Assembly: GCA_045651205.1 (NCBI GenBank)
Contig: JAZRSA010000020.1
Coordinates: forward strand, 8,214-72,213
Direction of reading: 5' to 3'
Origin: Clostridia bacterium
Lineage (GTDB): Bacteria > Bacillota > Clostridia > TANB77 > CAG-465
DNA: 64,000 nucleotides
Shown here: positions 40,436 to 51,216 of the stretch, piece by piece
How the letters are laid out: each line of letters begins with the position of its first letter
How positions within the stretch are numbered: the stretch's first letter is position 1
Program-made: the position numbers and the translations under genes
Notes under the pieces: model-generated
What the model was told of the DNA's origin: nothing
The model's database searches: none
Seen by the model: the letters and a program-made list of their open reading frames with translations, nothing else

Positions 40436-41284
40436 ATGGCAATTATACCTATGAGATCATTACTAGAAGCTGGTGTGCACTTTGGACACCAAACAAAAAG
40501 ATGGGACCCAAGAATGGCTCCTTACATCTTTACAGCAAGAAATGGAATATACATTCTTGACTTACAAAAAACTTTAAAGAAAGCAGTAGAAGCTTACGAA
40601 CTAGTTAATAAAGTAGCTAGTGAAGGTGGTTCAATACTATTTGTTGGAACTAAAAAACAAATAGCAGAATGCATCAAAGAAGAAGCTGAAAGATGTGGAA
40701 TGTACTACATCAACAGCAGATGGTTAGGTGGAACATTAACTAACTTCAAAACAATAAGAACTAGAATAGCTAGACTTGTTGAATTAGAAACTATGGAAGC
40801 TGATGGAACATTCGATTTACTTCCAAAGAAAGAAGTTAGCAAATTAAAACTTGAAATGGAAAAATTAAACCTTAACCTTGGTGGTATTAAAGATATGGAA
40901 AAACTTCCATCATTAATATTCTTAGTAGACTCTAAGAAGGAATTAATCTGTACTAAGGAAGCTAGAAAACTTGGTATACCAACAATCGGTTTAATAGATT
41001 CTAACTGTAACCCTAACGATGTTGACTACGTAATCCCAGGTAACGACGATGCAGTAAGAGCAGTTAAATTAATAACAGCTAAAATGGCAGACGCAGCTAT
41101 CGCTGGAAAAAACGGTGAACCAGTTGAAGATTTAGGTCTTGATGATGTAGAAACTATGGAAGATCTAGTTAAAGAAATGGGCGAAGATAAAATAGAAAGA
41201 AAACAAAACAGACCAGCTAGAAGACCAAGACAAGAAAAAGCTACAGAAGAAGTAGTAGAAGAAACTACAACTAAGGAGGAATAA
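40436..41284 (+). CDS. rpsB: 30S ribosomal protein S2
   Basis: [24 protein letters not shown]. 282 aa with an acidic C-terminal tail. Confidence 0.97.
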   Translation: MAIIPMRSLLEAGVHFGHQTKRWDPRMAPYIFTARNGIYILDLQKTLKKAVEAYELVNKVASEGGSILFVGTKKQIAECIKEEAERCGMYYINSRWLGGTLTNFKTIRTRIARLVELETMEADGTFDLLPKKEVSKLKLEMEKLNLNLGGIKDMEKLPSLIFLVDSKKELICTKEARKLGIPTIGLIDSNCNPNDVDYVIPGNDDAVRAVKLITAKMADAAIAGKNGEPVEDLGLDDVETMEDLVKEMGEDKIERKQNRPARRPRQEKATEEVVEETTTKEE

Positions 41285-41288
41285 TAAT

Positions 41289-41933
41289 ATGGTAACAGCA
41301 GAACAAGTTAAAGAATTAAGAGAAATGACAGGTGCAGGCGTTATGGACTGCAAAAAAGTTTTAGTTGAAACTGATGGAAACATGGACAAAGCAGTTGAAC
41401 TATTACGTGAAAGAGGAATAGCTAAAGCAGCTAAAAAAGCTAGCAGAATAGCAGCTGAAGGATTAGTAGAAGCATACATCCACAGCGGAAGATATGGTGC
41501 ATTAGTTGAAGTAAACTCTGAAACTGACTTCGTTTCTAAGAATGAAGAATTTAGAACATTTGTTAGAGATGTTGCAATGCATATAGTTGCTTCAAATCCT
41601 AAATATGTTTCAAGAGATGAAGTTCCTGCTGATGTTGTAGAAGCTGAAAAAGAAATATTAAAAGCACAAGCTTTAAATGAAGGAAAACCTGCAGCAATCG
41701 TAGATAAAATGGTAGAAGGAAGAATAAACAAATTTTTCGAGGAAGTATGTTTATTAGATCAACCATTCGTTAAAGATCAAGACAAAACAGTTCAAGAAGT
41801 TCTTAACGAAAAAATCGCTGTAATTGGTGAAAACATAGTAATCAGAAGATTTGTTAGATTCGAAAGAGGCGAAGGAATCGAAAAGAAAAAAGAAAACTTT
41901 GCTGAAGAAGTAATGAAACAAGTTAATGGTTAA
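41289..41933 (+). CDS. tsf: Elongation factor Ts (short form)
   Basis: [19 protein letters not shown] with rpsB-tsf synteny. 214 aa. Confidence 0.95.
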   Translation: MVTAEQVKELREMTGAGVMDCKKVLVETDGNMDKAVELLRERGIAKAAKKASRIAAEGLVEAYIHSGRYGALVEVNSETDFVSKNEEFRTFVRDVAMHIVASNPKYVSRDEVPADVVEAEKEILKAQALNEGKPAAIVDKMVEGRINKFFEEVCLLDQPFVKDQDKTVQEVLNEKIAVIGENIVIRRFVRFERGEGIEKKKENFAEEVMKQVNG

Positions 41934-41953
41934 TAAAAACAAATAAAGTAAAT

Positions 41954-41985
41954 AAAAATGAGTACCTAAGGTACTCATTTTTTTA
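41954..41985. terminator. Bidirectional terminator
   Basis: AAAAATGAGTACC-TAA-GGTACTCATTTTT. Confidence 0.85.
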
Positions 41986-42000
41986 TAAATATTATTTTTA

Positions 42001-43365
42001 TTAATTTTTTCTTTCTTTATTTAACGTCCTTGTTCTATTTGCTTTTCTTTTAAGAGTAGTTTTTACTTCTTTTTCTACCTTGTTATTGCTTATTGAACGT
42101 TTTACTTTTTTTATTTTGTTTTTCTTAAATTTAGCTATAATAGATATTATAAGTATAGCTAAAACTAAACAAATAATTAATGCTGTTGTAAATTCGGGTT
42201 CTTTAACAATGTTTAATGTTTTTAGCTCAGTGATTGTTAAGTCATAAGTTGCATCGTATGAACCTTTATCTGTGCTTATTGTAAATGTTATATCTCCATA
42301 ATCTTCATTGCTTTTGAATGATTCTTTTGTAACCGTTGATAAGTTTGTTTCATCTAATTTTAATTCATAGGTTATTGACGTTATGTTTTCATCGTTTTGC
42401 ATAAGCAAATCTAAATTATCTTTAATATTTAATTTATATTTTAGGTTTGTTTCGTAGTTTATATAATCAAATGAATAATTTTCTTTGTTATCAAAAGTAC
42501 GTCTATTAAAGTTATCAAACGAATAATTAAATAGATTTATGGCGTCTGTATATCTTGCGTCTTGACCATTAACTTGACCGGCTTTAAAAACAGCTATAAT
42601 AATTGTTTTATCGTCTTTCTTACCTAGTGTAACTAGTGTTCTTCCGGCTTCATCTGTATAACCAGTTTTACCACCTATAGCATATTCATAATATCTTCCG
42701 TGTTTGTTTTCAGATTTAGTAAGTAATAATCTATTGGTATTATATAAATATCTTTTAGATTTTGTTTTATTCGTTTCTGGAACTATGTACAGTTTTGTTG
42801 AAATTATTTTAACGAAATGTTCGTTTTGTATGCAGTAATTAAAAATTTTAGCTACATCTAATGCTGTTGTATAATGATTATCATCAGAATAACCATGCGC
42901 ATTAACAAAATTTGTTCCAGTGCATCCAAGATCTTTTGCTTTGCTATTCATAAGCTTTACAAAATCCGGTATATTTCCTGAAACAGCTTCTGCTAAAACG
43001 TTTGCTGCATCATTACCAGAATATATTAAAAGACAGTGAAGAAGTTCATCAACTGTAAGGATTTCACCTTCTTTAATATATGCGCTTGAGCTATCCCAAG
43101 GGATTTTTAATGCTGTTTTTGATGCTACAATATTTTGGTCTAACTTTAGATTTTCTAAAGCTATAATTGCAGTTAGAATTTTCGTTATACTAGCTGGATA
43201 TACTTTGGTATTAATGTTTTTATCATAAAGTATTGTGCCTGAACATGCTTCCATAGCAATTGCAGCCTTAGAACTGGTAGCAGGTGGTTCGGTGGCAAAT
43301 ACAGTAAAACAGTTGAAAAATACAAAAACGAATATCCATATTTTATATGAAAGTTTTAATTTCAT
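42001..43365 (-). CDS. D-alanyl-D-alanine carboxypeptidase (S11 low-molecular-weight PBP) with C-terminal anchor
   Basis: Signal peptide, SxxK (ASITKILT), SxN (YSGNDAA), KTG (GGKTGYT), a C-terminal TM helix and a Lys-rich tail. Confidence 0.88.
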   Translation of the reverse strand: MKLKLSYKIWIFVFVFFNCFTVFATEPPATSSKAAIAMEACSGTILYDKNINTKVYPASITKILTAIIALENLKLDQNIVASKTALKIPWDSSSAYIKEGEILTVDELLHCLLIYSGNDAANVLAEAVSGNIPDFVKLMNSKAKDLGCTGTNFVNAHGYSDDNHYTTALDVAKIFNYCIQNEHFVKIISTKLYIVPETNKTKSKRYLYNTNRLLLTKSENKHGRYYEYAIGGKTGYTDEAGRTLVTLGKKDDKTIIIAVFKAGQVNGQDARYTDAINLFNYSFDNFNRRTFDNKENYSFDYINYETNLKYKLNIKDNLDLLMQNDENITSITYELKLDETNLSTVTKESFKSNEDYGDITFTISTDKGSYDATYDLTITELKTLNIVKEPEFTTALIICLVLAILIISIIAKFKKNKIKKVKRSISNNKVEKEVKTTLKRKANRTRTLNKERKN

Positions 43366-43488
43366 GTTTCACCTCGTAAGTAGCATTATTATACTATACC
43401 AATTCTAAATAGTGAAGAGATTTTATTAAAATATTGATTTAATATAGTATATGATATAAAATATGAGTGAAATGAAGGGAGTATGAAA

Positions 43489-43980
43489 ATGCAAGCAAAA
43501 CGTGGCGTTACAGTAGTAGCTTTAAGTATAGCAGTTGCAGTTATGGCCATATTAACTGCGGCGGCAATAGTTAATATAGATAATATTATACCTACTGCAA
43601 GAAAATCTAAAATAGCGGAAGAATTTTCGGTAATAGAAGAAAAAGTTAAAGAATATTATTTAACACATGGGAATTATCCTGTTTTAAATGATACAACATA
43701 TACCAGAGCGGAAGTTGTGGCTTTAAATACTGTAGGAAAATCAGATGGATTATCTGCTGAAATAACAAAAAACGGGGATGATAGTAGTATATTTTTCTTG
43801 GTTGATTTAGAGAAGCTAAGAATAACTACATTTAAATATGGTAATAATGTTACGATAGATGATGTGTATATAGTAGCAGATTTGTCTGGAACTGTATATT
43901 ATCCTAAGGGAGTAACGGTTAACAATCAATCAAAATTCTCTTCGAAATCGTTTGAAGATACAGCTAAGATTGAAGAATAA
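43489..43980 (+). CDS. Small pilin-like protein (class III signal-peptide-like N-terminus)
   Basis: ATG at 43489 has better SD spacing (GGGAG plus 8 nt) than the track start 43483. N-terminus MQAKRGVTVVALSIAVAVMAILTAAAIV parallels that of the 30248 protein. Confidence 0.55.
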   Translation: MQAKRGVTVVALSIAVAVMAILTAAAIVNIDNIIPTARKSKIAEEFSVIEEKVKEYYLTHGNYPVLNDTTYTRAEVVALNTVGKSDGLSAEITKNGDDSSIFFLVDLEKLRITTFKYGNNVTIDDVYIVADLSGTVYYPKGVTVNNQSKFSSKSFEDTAKIEE

Positions 43981-44077
43981 AATAAGTTTATAGAATGTGT
44001 GAGATAGTGGAAAACTATTGATTTTTTGAACAAATATAGTATAATAAACACATAGATTTTTGGAGGTAAGAAAGATT

Positions 44078-44626
44078 ATGGATTTAAGTATCTATGAAAA
44101 TAAAATGAAAGAAAGAATCGACTATTTAAAAGAAGAATTAGGAAATATAAGAGCAGGTAGAGCAAACCCACAAATATTAAACAAAATATGTGTGGAATAC
44201 TATGGGTCTTTAACACCACTTAACCAAGTGGCATCAATATCTGTTCCAGAACCAAGACAAATATTAATAGCACCATGGGATAAGAGCCTATTAAATGAAA
44301 TAGCTAAAGCTATAACTAAAGCAGATATAGGAATCAATCCTCAAAACGATGGAACTGGTGTAAGATTAATATTCCCAGAATTAAATGAAGCAAGAAGAAA
44401 AGAAATAGCTAAAGATATAAGTAAAATGGGAGAAGAAACAAAAGTTGCAATCAGAAATATAAGAAGAGATGCAATTGATGATATTAAGAAAACAGGAAAA
44501 GAAGAAAGCATCAGTGAAGATGAAATTCGTTCTTTAGAAGAATCTGTACAAAAAATAACAGATAAACAAATAGAAATAGTATCTGGTGTTGTAGCGGAAA
44601 AAGAAAAAGAAATAATGGAAGTATAG
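44078..44626 (+). CDS. frr: Ribosome recycling factor
   Basis: ATG at 44078 after GGAGGT. ...LGNIRAGRANPQILNKI... 182 aa. Confidence 0.95.
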   Translation: MDLSIYENKMKERIDYLKEELGNIRAGRANPQILNKICVEYYGSLTPLNQVASISVPEPRQILIAPWDKSLLNEIAKAITKADIGINPQNDGTGVRLIFPELNEARRKEIAKDISKMGEETKVAIRNIRRDAIDDIKKTGKEESISEDEIRSLEESVQKITDKQIEIVSGVVAEKEKEIMEV

Positions 44627-44637
44627 TAGGGGTTTTT

Positions 44638-45450
44638 ATGAAAAAAAGAATAGTTTCGGGCATAGTGTTTGTAGCATTATGGGTAGCGATTTTGTTAATA
44701 AACAACCCTATATTTGATACAACAATAGTTGCGTTGCTTGCGTTAATCGCAACACGTGAATACTATAAAGCGTTTAGAAACATTGGATATAAACCTATAT
44801 CTTGGATTGGATATGTTGGGTGTTTTGCAATATTTTTAATGGGCGGAATAATTCCCGAAGAATATAAAATGCTATTAATAAAAATAATAGTACCGGTTGG
44901 CCTAATAAGCGCGTTTGCTTATATGGTTGTAGGAAATGTAAAAAGAACAATATTAGATGTAGCTATAACAATATTTGGCCTTCTATATATTCCATGTTTA
45001 TTTGCATTCCTAAAATTGATATTGGGGCTTAGAGAATACAGCAGATTTTATTTATTATATGTTCTATTTGGAGCATTTGTAAGTGATACATTTGCATTCT
45101 TAGTAGGTTCTAAATTTGGAAAAACAAAATTAGCTCCAGACATTAGTCCAAATAAAACTGTAGAAGGATCTATGGGAGGAATAATAGGTGTTGTAATTTC
45201 ATTTATAATTATGACAGTAGTAGGTAATTTAAATGGAATACCAGGGGATATATTCTACTGGACAATGGTAGGTGTTGCGGCTGCAATAGCTGGTCAATTT
45301 GGAGATTTAACAGCATCTGCAATAAAAAGATTTTGTAAAATTAAAGATTTTGGAAATATAATGCCAGGACATGGCGGAATATTAGACAGATTTGATAGTT
45401 TAATGTTTGTTGCGCCAATCGTATATATTTTTATAACTTTATACGTATAA
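44638..45450 (+). CDS. cdsA: Phosphatidate cytidylyltransferase
   Basis: Signature SAIKRFCKIKDFGNIMPGHGGILDRFDS in a multi-TM protein. Confidence 0.93.
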   Translation: MKKRIVSGIVFVALWVAILLINNPIFDTTIVALLALIATREYYKAFRNIGYKPISWIGYVGCFAIFLMGGIIPEEYKMLLIKIIVPVGLISAFAYMVVGNVKRTILDVAITIFGLLYIPCLFAFLKLILGLREYSRFYLLYVLFGAFVSDTFAFLVGSKFGKTKLAPDISPNKTVEGSMGGIIGVVISFIIMTVVGNLNGIPGDIFYWTMVGVAAAIAGQFGDLTASAIKRFCKIKDFGNIMPGHGGILDRFDSLMFVAPIVYIFITLYV

Positions 45451-45471
45451 TAGAAAAGAGGTATATGAATA

Positions 45472-46725
45472 ATGGCTTTAGTTTTAACTATAATTAAACT
45501 AATAATAGTTTTAAGCGTAGTTGCTACTATCCATGAATTTGGGCACTTCCTTTTTGCTAAACTGTTCAAAATGACAGTAAATGAATTTAGCATAGGGTTT
45601 GGCCCAAAAATATTCTCTAAAGAATATAAAGGAACAAAATATTCTTTAAGATGGATATTGTTTGGTGGATATGTTGCAATAGAAGGCGAAGAAGGCGAAT
45701 CTGAAGATAAAAACGCTTTTGCGAATAAACCATGTTGGCAAAGAATTATAGTTCTTGTTGCAGGAGTGTTATTTAATGTAATACTTGCGACAGTACTATT
45801 CTTAGGAACAAATATGGTATCACCAACATTTGGAACTAAAATATCTGGCATCTATGAAAATGGTGCCGCATATGTTGCAGGACTACGTGAAGGCGATGTA
45901 ATAACAAAGATAGAAGATAAGGTAACACATATTTATCAAGATATAGCTTTATATAACAAAACAGATAAAACAGATGTAACAGTTGAATATTTAAGAGAAG
46001 GTAAATCATATACAGCTCTTGTAAAAAATGCAGTTAAAAAAATTGGTTATATGGGCGTATACTTTGAATCTGCTAAATTAGATGAACAAGGAAATGTACT
46101 TACATATGTGCAAGTAGTAGAACCAGGTATGCCTGCAGCGGGCAAGTTAAAAGCTGGCGATAAAATATTAAAAGTAAATGATAAAGAAACAATAATATCA
46201 ACAGATGTAATATCTGAGATATCTGCCAATGCTGGTAAAGAAGTTAAGATAGTTGTGTTAAGAGATGGTAAAGAAGTAGAAGAAAAAGTAACTCCTGCTA
46301 CAAAACTTTCTTTTGATTTAGGCTTATCAAATTTTGCAGAAGAAAAAACAACAATAAAAACAGCTTTCTATAAATCTTTATCAACAATAACTCAAATAGT
46401 AGGTTCATATGTTGATTTGTTTATGGGAAAAGTTAAAGTAAATCAATTATCTGGAATAGTAGGAATAGGAGAAATGGTTTCTAGAACTGAAGGAATTGTA
46501 GAGTTCTTAAGTATGATGGCTATGATTTCATTAGCAGTAGGAATCGCTAATATATTACCATTCCCACCACTTGATGGCGGAAAAATAGTTTTAGTGTTAA
46601 TAGAGTGGATAACTAAGAAGAAAGTTCCAGAAAAAGTGGAATTAATACTAAGTTATATTGGCCTTGGATTATTACTAGCACTTACGGTGTTTGTAACGAT
46701 TAACGATATAATAAGAGTAATATAA
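45472..46725 (+). CDS. rseP: RIP metalloprotease RseP/RasP (M50 site-2 protease)
   Basis: HEFGHF zinc motif, PDZ domains, and NILPFPPLDGG. Confidence 0.93.
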   Translation: MALVLTIIKLIIVLSVVATIHEFGHFLFAKLFKMTVNEFSIGFGPKIFSKEYKGTKYSLRWILFGGYVAIEGEEGESEDKNAFANKPCWQRIIVLVAGVLFNVILATVLFLGTNMVSPTFGTKISGIYENGAAYVAGLREGDVITKIEDKVTHIYQDIALYNKTDKTDVTVEYLREGKSYTALVKNAVKKIGYMGVYFESAKLDEQGNVLTYVQVVEPGMPAAGKLKAGDKILKVNDKETIISTDVISEISANAGKEVKIVVLRDGKEVEEKVTPATKLSFDLGLSNFAEEKTTIKTAFYKSLSTITQIVGSYVDLFMGKVKVNQLSGIVGIGEMVSRTEGIVEFLSMMAMISLAVGIANILPFPPLDGGKIVLVLIEWITKKKVPEKVELILSYIGLGLLLALTVFVTINDIIRVI

Positions 46726-46760
46726 AATTATACTAAAGAAGAATTTAATAATTATAAAAA

Positions 46761-46795
46761 CTCAAAATGTTAATATGATCACATTTTGGGTTTTT
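46761..46795 (+). terminator. Terminator after rseP
   Basis: CTCAAAATGT-loop-ACATTTTGGG followed by TTTTT. Confidence 0.65.
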
Positions 46796-46817
46796 ATATA
46801 TGTATATGGGGGAATAT

Positions 46818-49800
46818 ATGAAAAAGGTAAGCGAATTGTTTGCTCCTGCTATTATAGAAGGCAGTAGTATCAATGATTTGATGGTACAAGAAGTTAAATT
46901 TTCTAAAAAAGCAAATGCTGCTATAATACATTTAGAAATAGATAGAAAGATAGAATTAAAAGACGTGCTTCTATTTGAAAACAGCGCAACTAAAGCGTTT
47001 TCTTTAAAAAGTTTTAAGGTTATTCCAATGCTTAAAGAAAAATTAGAAGTAGAAGATGAAGATATATCTAAAGTTCTAGAGTATCTAAAGGTGGCAAGAC
47101 CTTATGTTACAAATGTATTAGAAATAGCGAATTTGGAATATGTAAAAGAAACAAATAAAGTAACAATAGAATTAAAGGTTCCAAACTCTAATTTCTTGAA
47201 GTTACAAAAAACGGAAGAATTTTTAAATGAGATTGTAGCTCAGTATTATGGTAAAAATATTGAGTTCGAATTTTGCGACTCAAATACAGCAAAAGCGGAT
47301 TTTGCAGCAACACATAAAGAAGAAAGAATGATTGCACCACCGCCTATAGAAAAGCCTAAAGAATCTAAACCGCCAGCACAATCTGGACAACCATTTAAAG
47401 CTGCAAGTGCGCCACAACAATCACAAGGAAATGGTGCGCCACCTTCATTCTTTAAGCCTAAGGAAGAGAAGCAAGAAGGACCAAAGCCTGAAAACGTAAT
47501 AATGGGTAAAGATATCTCAAATGCTAAGGTAGATAAGATTGAAGATATAAATCAAGACATGGAAAATGCTTGTATAGAAGGAAAAATTGAGGCGTTTGAA
47601 GCTAAGACAACTAAGACAGGTAAAGAAATGTTTTCACTAGAAGTAAGTGATGAAACTAGTACAATAGCTGTAAAAATATTTGCTGATCCTAAAAGAATAG
47701 ATGTTGGTGAATTAACAGGTAGACTTAAGGTTGGTAAATATATAAAAGCTGATGGAAAACCACAATATGATATGTTTGCTAAAGATATATCAATAATTCT
47801 TAGAAATATAGTAGATGGTAAGAAGCCACCTGAAAGAAAAGATGAAGCAGAGGTTAAGAGAGTAGAATTACATCTACATACTCAAATGAGTTCTATGGAT
47901 GGTGTAAGTTCAGCAACGGACCTTGTAAAACAAGCAATTAAATGGGGGCATAAAGCAATAGCAATAACAGACCATGGTGTTGCACAAAGTTTCCCAGAAG
48001 CAAATCTTGCAGCATTTAACTATGCCGAAAAGAAGTTTGATATAAAAGTACTATATGGTACAGAAGGATATCTAGTACCAGATGTGGCGCCAGTGTTTGA
48101 AGCGCCAACTACATATACTGTTTTTGATATAGAAACAACAGGTTTTACACCTGGAAGTGATGCGATAACAGAAATAGCAGCAGTTAAAGTAAAAGATGGC
48201 CAAGCTATAGATGAGTTCTCTACATTTGTAAATCCAGAAAGAAGTATACCTAAAGAAGTACAAGAATTAACTCATATAACACCAGATATGGTAAAAGATG
48301 CACCAAAGATAGAAGAAGCACTAAAAGGATTCTTAGATTTTGCGGAAGGTACAGTAATAGTAGCACATAACGCAAAATTTGACACATCGTTTATAAACTA
48401 CTATGCAGATAAATGCGGATATAAAAAGCCGGAATTTGCAATAGATACTTTAGCAATAGCTAGAGAAATGTTTGAAGGATATGAAAATCATAAACTTGGA
48501 ACAATAGCAGCAAACTTAAATATTGAATTAGAAAATGCACATAGAGCAATAAACGATGCTAGAGCAACAGCAAAAGTGTTTATAAAAATGTGTGAAGTTC
48601 TAGAAGAACGTGGTATGAAATTAAACGAATATGTTCAAACTGAATATATAGAAGATAAGAGAAACTTTACGCCATATCATATAATAATATTTGCTAAAAA
48701 CTATGTGGGCCTTAAGAATCTATACAAATTAATTTCATTTGCACATATTAGATATTTCCACAAGAAACCAAGATTATCTAGATCATTAATTAACAGATAT
48801 AGAGAAGGATTAATAATCGGTTCTGCTTGTGAAAGAGGAGAGTTATATCAAGCTGTTCTAGAAAATAGAATGGAAGAAGCGCGTGAAATTGCTAAGTATT
48901 ATGATTATCTAGAAGTACAACCGATAGGTAACAATGAATTCTATATACGTAACGGTACAGTTAAAGATGAAAAAGAATTACAAGAAATAAATAAAAAGAT
49001 AATAGCATTAGGCCATGAGTTAAACATACCTGTTGTTGCAACAGGAGATGTTCACTTTATGAATCAACAAGACGAGCTATATAGAAGAATAATAATGGCT
49101 GGCCAAGGCTATGATGACGCTGATGAACAAGCACCACTTTATTTAAGAACAACAAATGAAATGCTTAAAGAATTTGATTATTTAGATGAAGCGACTGCAA
49201 GAGAAATAGTAATAGAAAATACTAATAAAATTGCAGACATGTTTGAAGAAATAAAGCCAGTTGTTGATGGAACATACAACCCAGTAATTGATGGTTCGGA
49301 CGAAGAAATAGAAAGACTTACTTATGAAAAAGCAAGGTCGATTTATGGTGATCCATTACCAGAAATAGTTGAAGCTAGAATTAAAAAAGAGCTTAACTCA
49401 ATAATAACTAATGGATTCTCCGTAATGTATATAATTGCACAAAAGCTAGTTAAAAAATCCAATGATGATGGATATCTAGTTGGTTCCAGAGGTTCAGTTG
49501 GATCGTCTTTTGTAGCAACAATGTCTGGTATAACAGAGGTAAATCCATTACCACCACACTATGTGTGTCCACATTGTAAATATAGTGAATTCCCACCAGT
49601 TACAGTTACAACTGGAGTAGATATGGAAGATAAAGATTGCCCTAAATGTGGTAATAGAATGAAGAAAGATGGAATGGATATTCCATTCGAAACATTCCTT
49701 GGTTTTAAAGGGGACAAGGTTCCGGATATTGACCTTAACTTCTCTGGAGATTACCAAGCTAAAGCACACGCGTATACTGAAGTGTTATTTGGTAAGTATA

Positions 49801-51158
49801 AAACATTTAGAGCAGGAACAATATCTACCCTTGCAGAAAAGACAGCATATGGATTTGTTAAGAAATATTATGAAGGTAAAAATCAATATGTAAGAGTACC
49901 TGAAATAAATAGAGTGTCTAGAATGTGTACAGGTATTAAAAGAACTACAGGTCAACACCCTGGAGGTATTATAGTTGTACCAAGAGATAAAGAAATTTAT
50001 GATTTCTGTCCTGTACAAAGACCAGCGGATGATCCGACATCAAGTACAATAACAACACATTTCGACTTCCACTCAATCCATGATAACCTTCTAAAGTTAG
50101 ATATACTAGGACACGATGATCCTACGGTTATTAGAATGTTAGAGGATTTGACGGGAATTGATGCAAAAACAATACCGTTAGATGAGCCAAAAGTAATGTC
50201 GCTATTTAGCTCAACTGAAGCACTTGGAATAACAGAGGAACAAGAGCGTTCTAAAGTTGCAACTTATGCAATACCTGAGTTTGGTACTAAGTTTGTTAGA
50301 CAAATGCTACTGGATACAAAACCAACAACGTTTGGAGAACTAGTTAGAATTTCAGGACTTTCACACGGTACGGACGTTTGGCTAAACAATGCACAAAGCT
50401 TAATAGAGCAAGGAATAACGACACTTAAAGAGGCAATATGTACTCGTGATGACATCATGATTTATTTAATACAAAAAGGTCTTGATCCATCTCTTGCGTT
50501 CAAGATAATGGAGATAACAAGAAAAGGTAAAGCTAAAAAAGATCTTACAGAAGAAATGAAAGAGAAGATGAGAGAGTGCGATGTGCCAGAATGGTATATT
50601 GATTCGTGTTTAAAGATTAAGTACATGTTCCCTAAAGCCCATGCTTGTGCCTATGTTATGATGGCATATAGAATAGCATACTTTAAGGTATATTATCCAA
50701 AAGCGTTCTATGCAACTTATTTAACAGTTAGAGCGGATGCTTTTAACGCAGACGTAATGTGTACAAATAAACAAAAAGTTAAAGAGGCGATGAAAACAAT
50801 TGAGTCTAATCCAGAAGCAAGTAATGTTGAAAAGGATATGGTTACAGTACTTGAAGTTGTAAACGAAATGATGGAAAGAGGAATAGACTTCTTACCAATA
50901 GATTTATATAAATCTGATGCAACTAAATTCTTGGTAGAAGAAGATGGAATTAGACCGCCGCTTTCAGCAATACCTACTTTTGGCACAGTCAACGCTAAGA
51001 ATATTGCTGAAGCAAGAAATGACGGTAAATTCTCATCTAAGGAAAATCTTGTGTCACGTGCGAAAATTGGTAAGTCTGCGCTAGAACTTTTAGATAAATA
51101 TGGCTGTACAAAAGGAATGCCTAATTCATCTCAAGTTTCATTATTTGATGAATTTTAA
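46818..51158 (+). CDS. polC: DNA polymerase III PolC-type alpha subunit
   Basis: ATG at 46818 after GGGGGA. OB domain, PHP domain (HLHTQMSSMDG), inserted 3'-5' exonuclease (FDIETTG ... HRAINDA), and the polymerase core. The track start is 46800. Confidence 0.96.
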   Translation: MKKVSELFAPAIIEGSSINDLMVQEVKFSKKANAAIIHLEIDRKIELKDVLLFENSATKAFSLKSFKVIPMLKEKLEVEDEDISKVLEYLKVARPYVTNVLEIANLEYVKETNKVTIELKVPNSNFLKLQKTEEFLNEIVAQYYGKNIEFEFCDSNTAKADFAATHKEERMIAPPPIEKPKESKPPAQSGQPFKAASAPQQSQGNGAPPSFFKPKEEKQEGPKPENVIMGKDISNAKVDKIEDINQDMENACIEGKIEAFEAKTTKTGKEMFSLEVSDETSTIAVKIFADPKRIDVGELTGRLKVGKYIKADGKPQYDMFAKDISIILRNIVDGKKPPERKDEAEVKRVELHLHTQMSSMDGVSSATDLVKQAIKWGHKAIAITDHGVAQSFPEANLAAFNYAEKKFDIKVLYGTEGYLVPDVAPVFEAPTTYTVFDIETTGFTPGSDAITEIAAVKVKDGQAIDEFSTFVNPERSIPKEVQELTHITPDMVKDAPKIEEALKGFLDFAEGTVIVAHNAKFDTSFINYYADKCGYKKPEFAIDTLAIAREMFEGYENHKLGTIAANLNIELENAHRAINDARATAKVFIKMCEVLEERGMKLNEYVQTEYIEDKRNFTPYHIIIFAKNYVGLKNLYKLISFAHIRYFHKKPRLSRSLINRYREGLIIGSACERGELYQAVLENRMEEAREIAKYYDYLEVQPIGNNEFYIRNGTVKDEKELQEINKKIIALGHELNIPVVATGDVHFMNQQDELYRRIIMAGQGYDDADEQAPLYLRTTNEMLKEFDYLDEATAREIVIENTNKIADMFEEIKPVVDGTYNPVIDGSDEEIERLTYEKARSIYGDPLPEIVEARIKKELNSIITNGFSVMYIIAQKLVKKSNDDGYLVGSRGSVGSSFVATMSGITEVNPLPPHYVCPHCKYSEFPPVTVTTGVDMEDKDCPKCGNRMKKDGMDIPFETFLGFKGDKVPDIDLNFSGDYQAKAHAYTEVLFGKYKTFRAGTISTLAEKTAYGFVKKYYEGKNQYVRVPEINRVSRMCTGIKRTTGQHPGGIIVVPRDKEIYDFCPVQRPADDPTSSTITTHFDFHSIHDNLLKLDILGHDDPTVIRMLEDLTGIDAKTIPLDEPKVMSLFSSTEALGITEEQERSKVATYAIPEFGTKFVRQMLLDTKPTTFGELVRISGLSHGTDVWLNNAQSLIEQGITTLKEAICTRDDIMIYLIQKGLDPSLAFKIMEITRKGKAKKDLTEEMKEKMRECDVPEWYIDSCLKIKYMFPKAHACAYVMMAYRIAYFKVYYPKAFYATYLTVRADAFNADVMCTNKQKVKEAMKTIESNPEASNVEKDMVTVLEVVNEMMERGIDFLPIDLYKSDATKFLVEEDGIRPPLSAIPTFGTVNAKNIAEARNDGKFSSKENLVSRAKIGKSALELLDKYGCTKGMPNSSQVSLFDEF

Positions 51159-51216
51159 AAATATATTGAAAAGAGAAAATGGATAGTATATAATAATTAC
51201 GAGGAGTTGATTATAT

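Noticed and set aside
38709-45851. Other long antisense ORFs: 38709..39380 (223 aa, opposite cvpA), 41165..41731 (188 aa, opposite rpsB/tsf), and 45294..45851 (185 aa, opposite cdsA/rseP).
   Set aside because: All lie opposite confidently identified conserved genes, span gene junctions, and lack translation signals.
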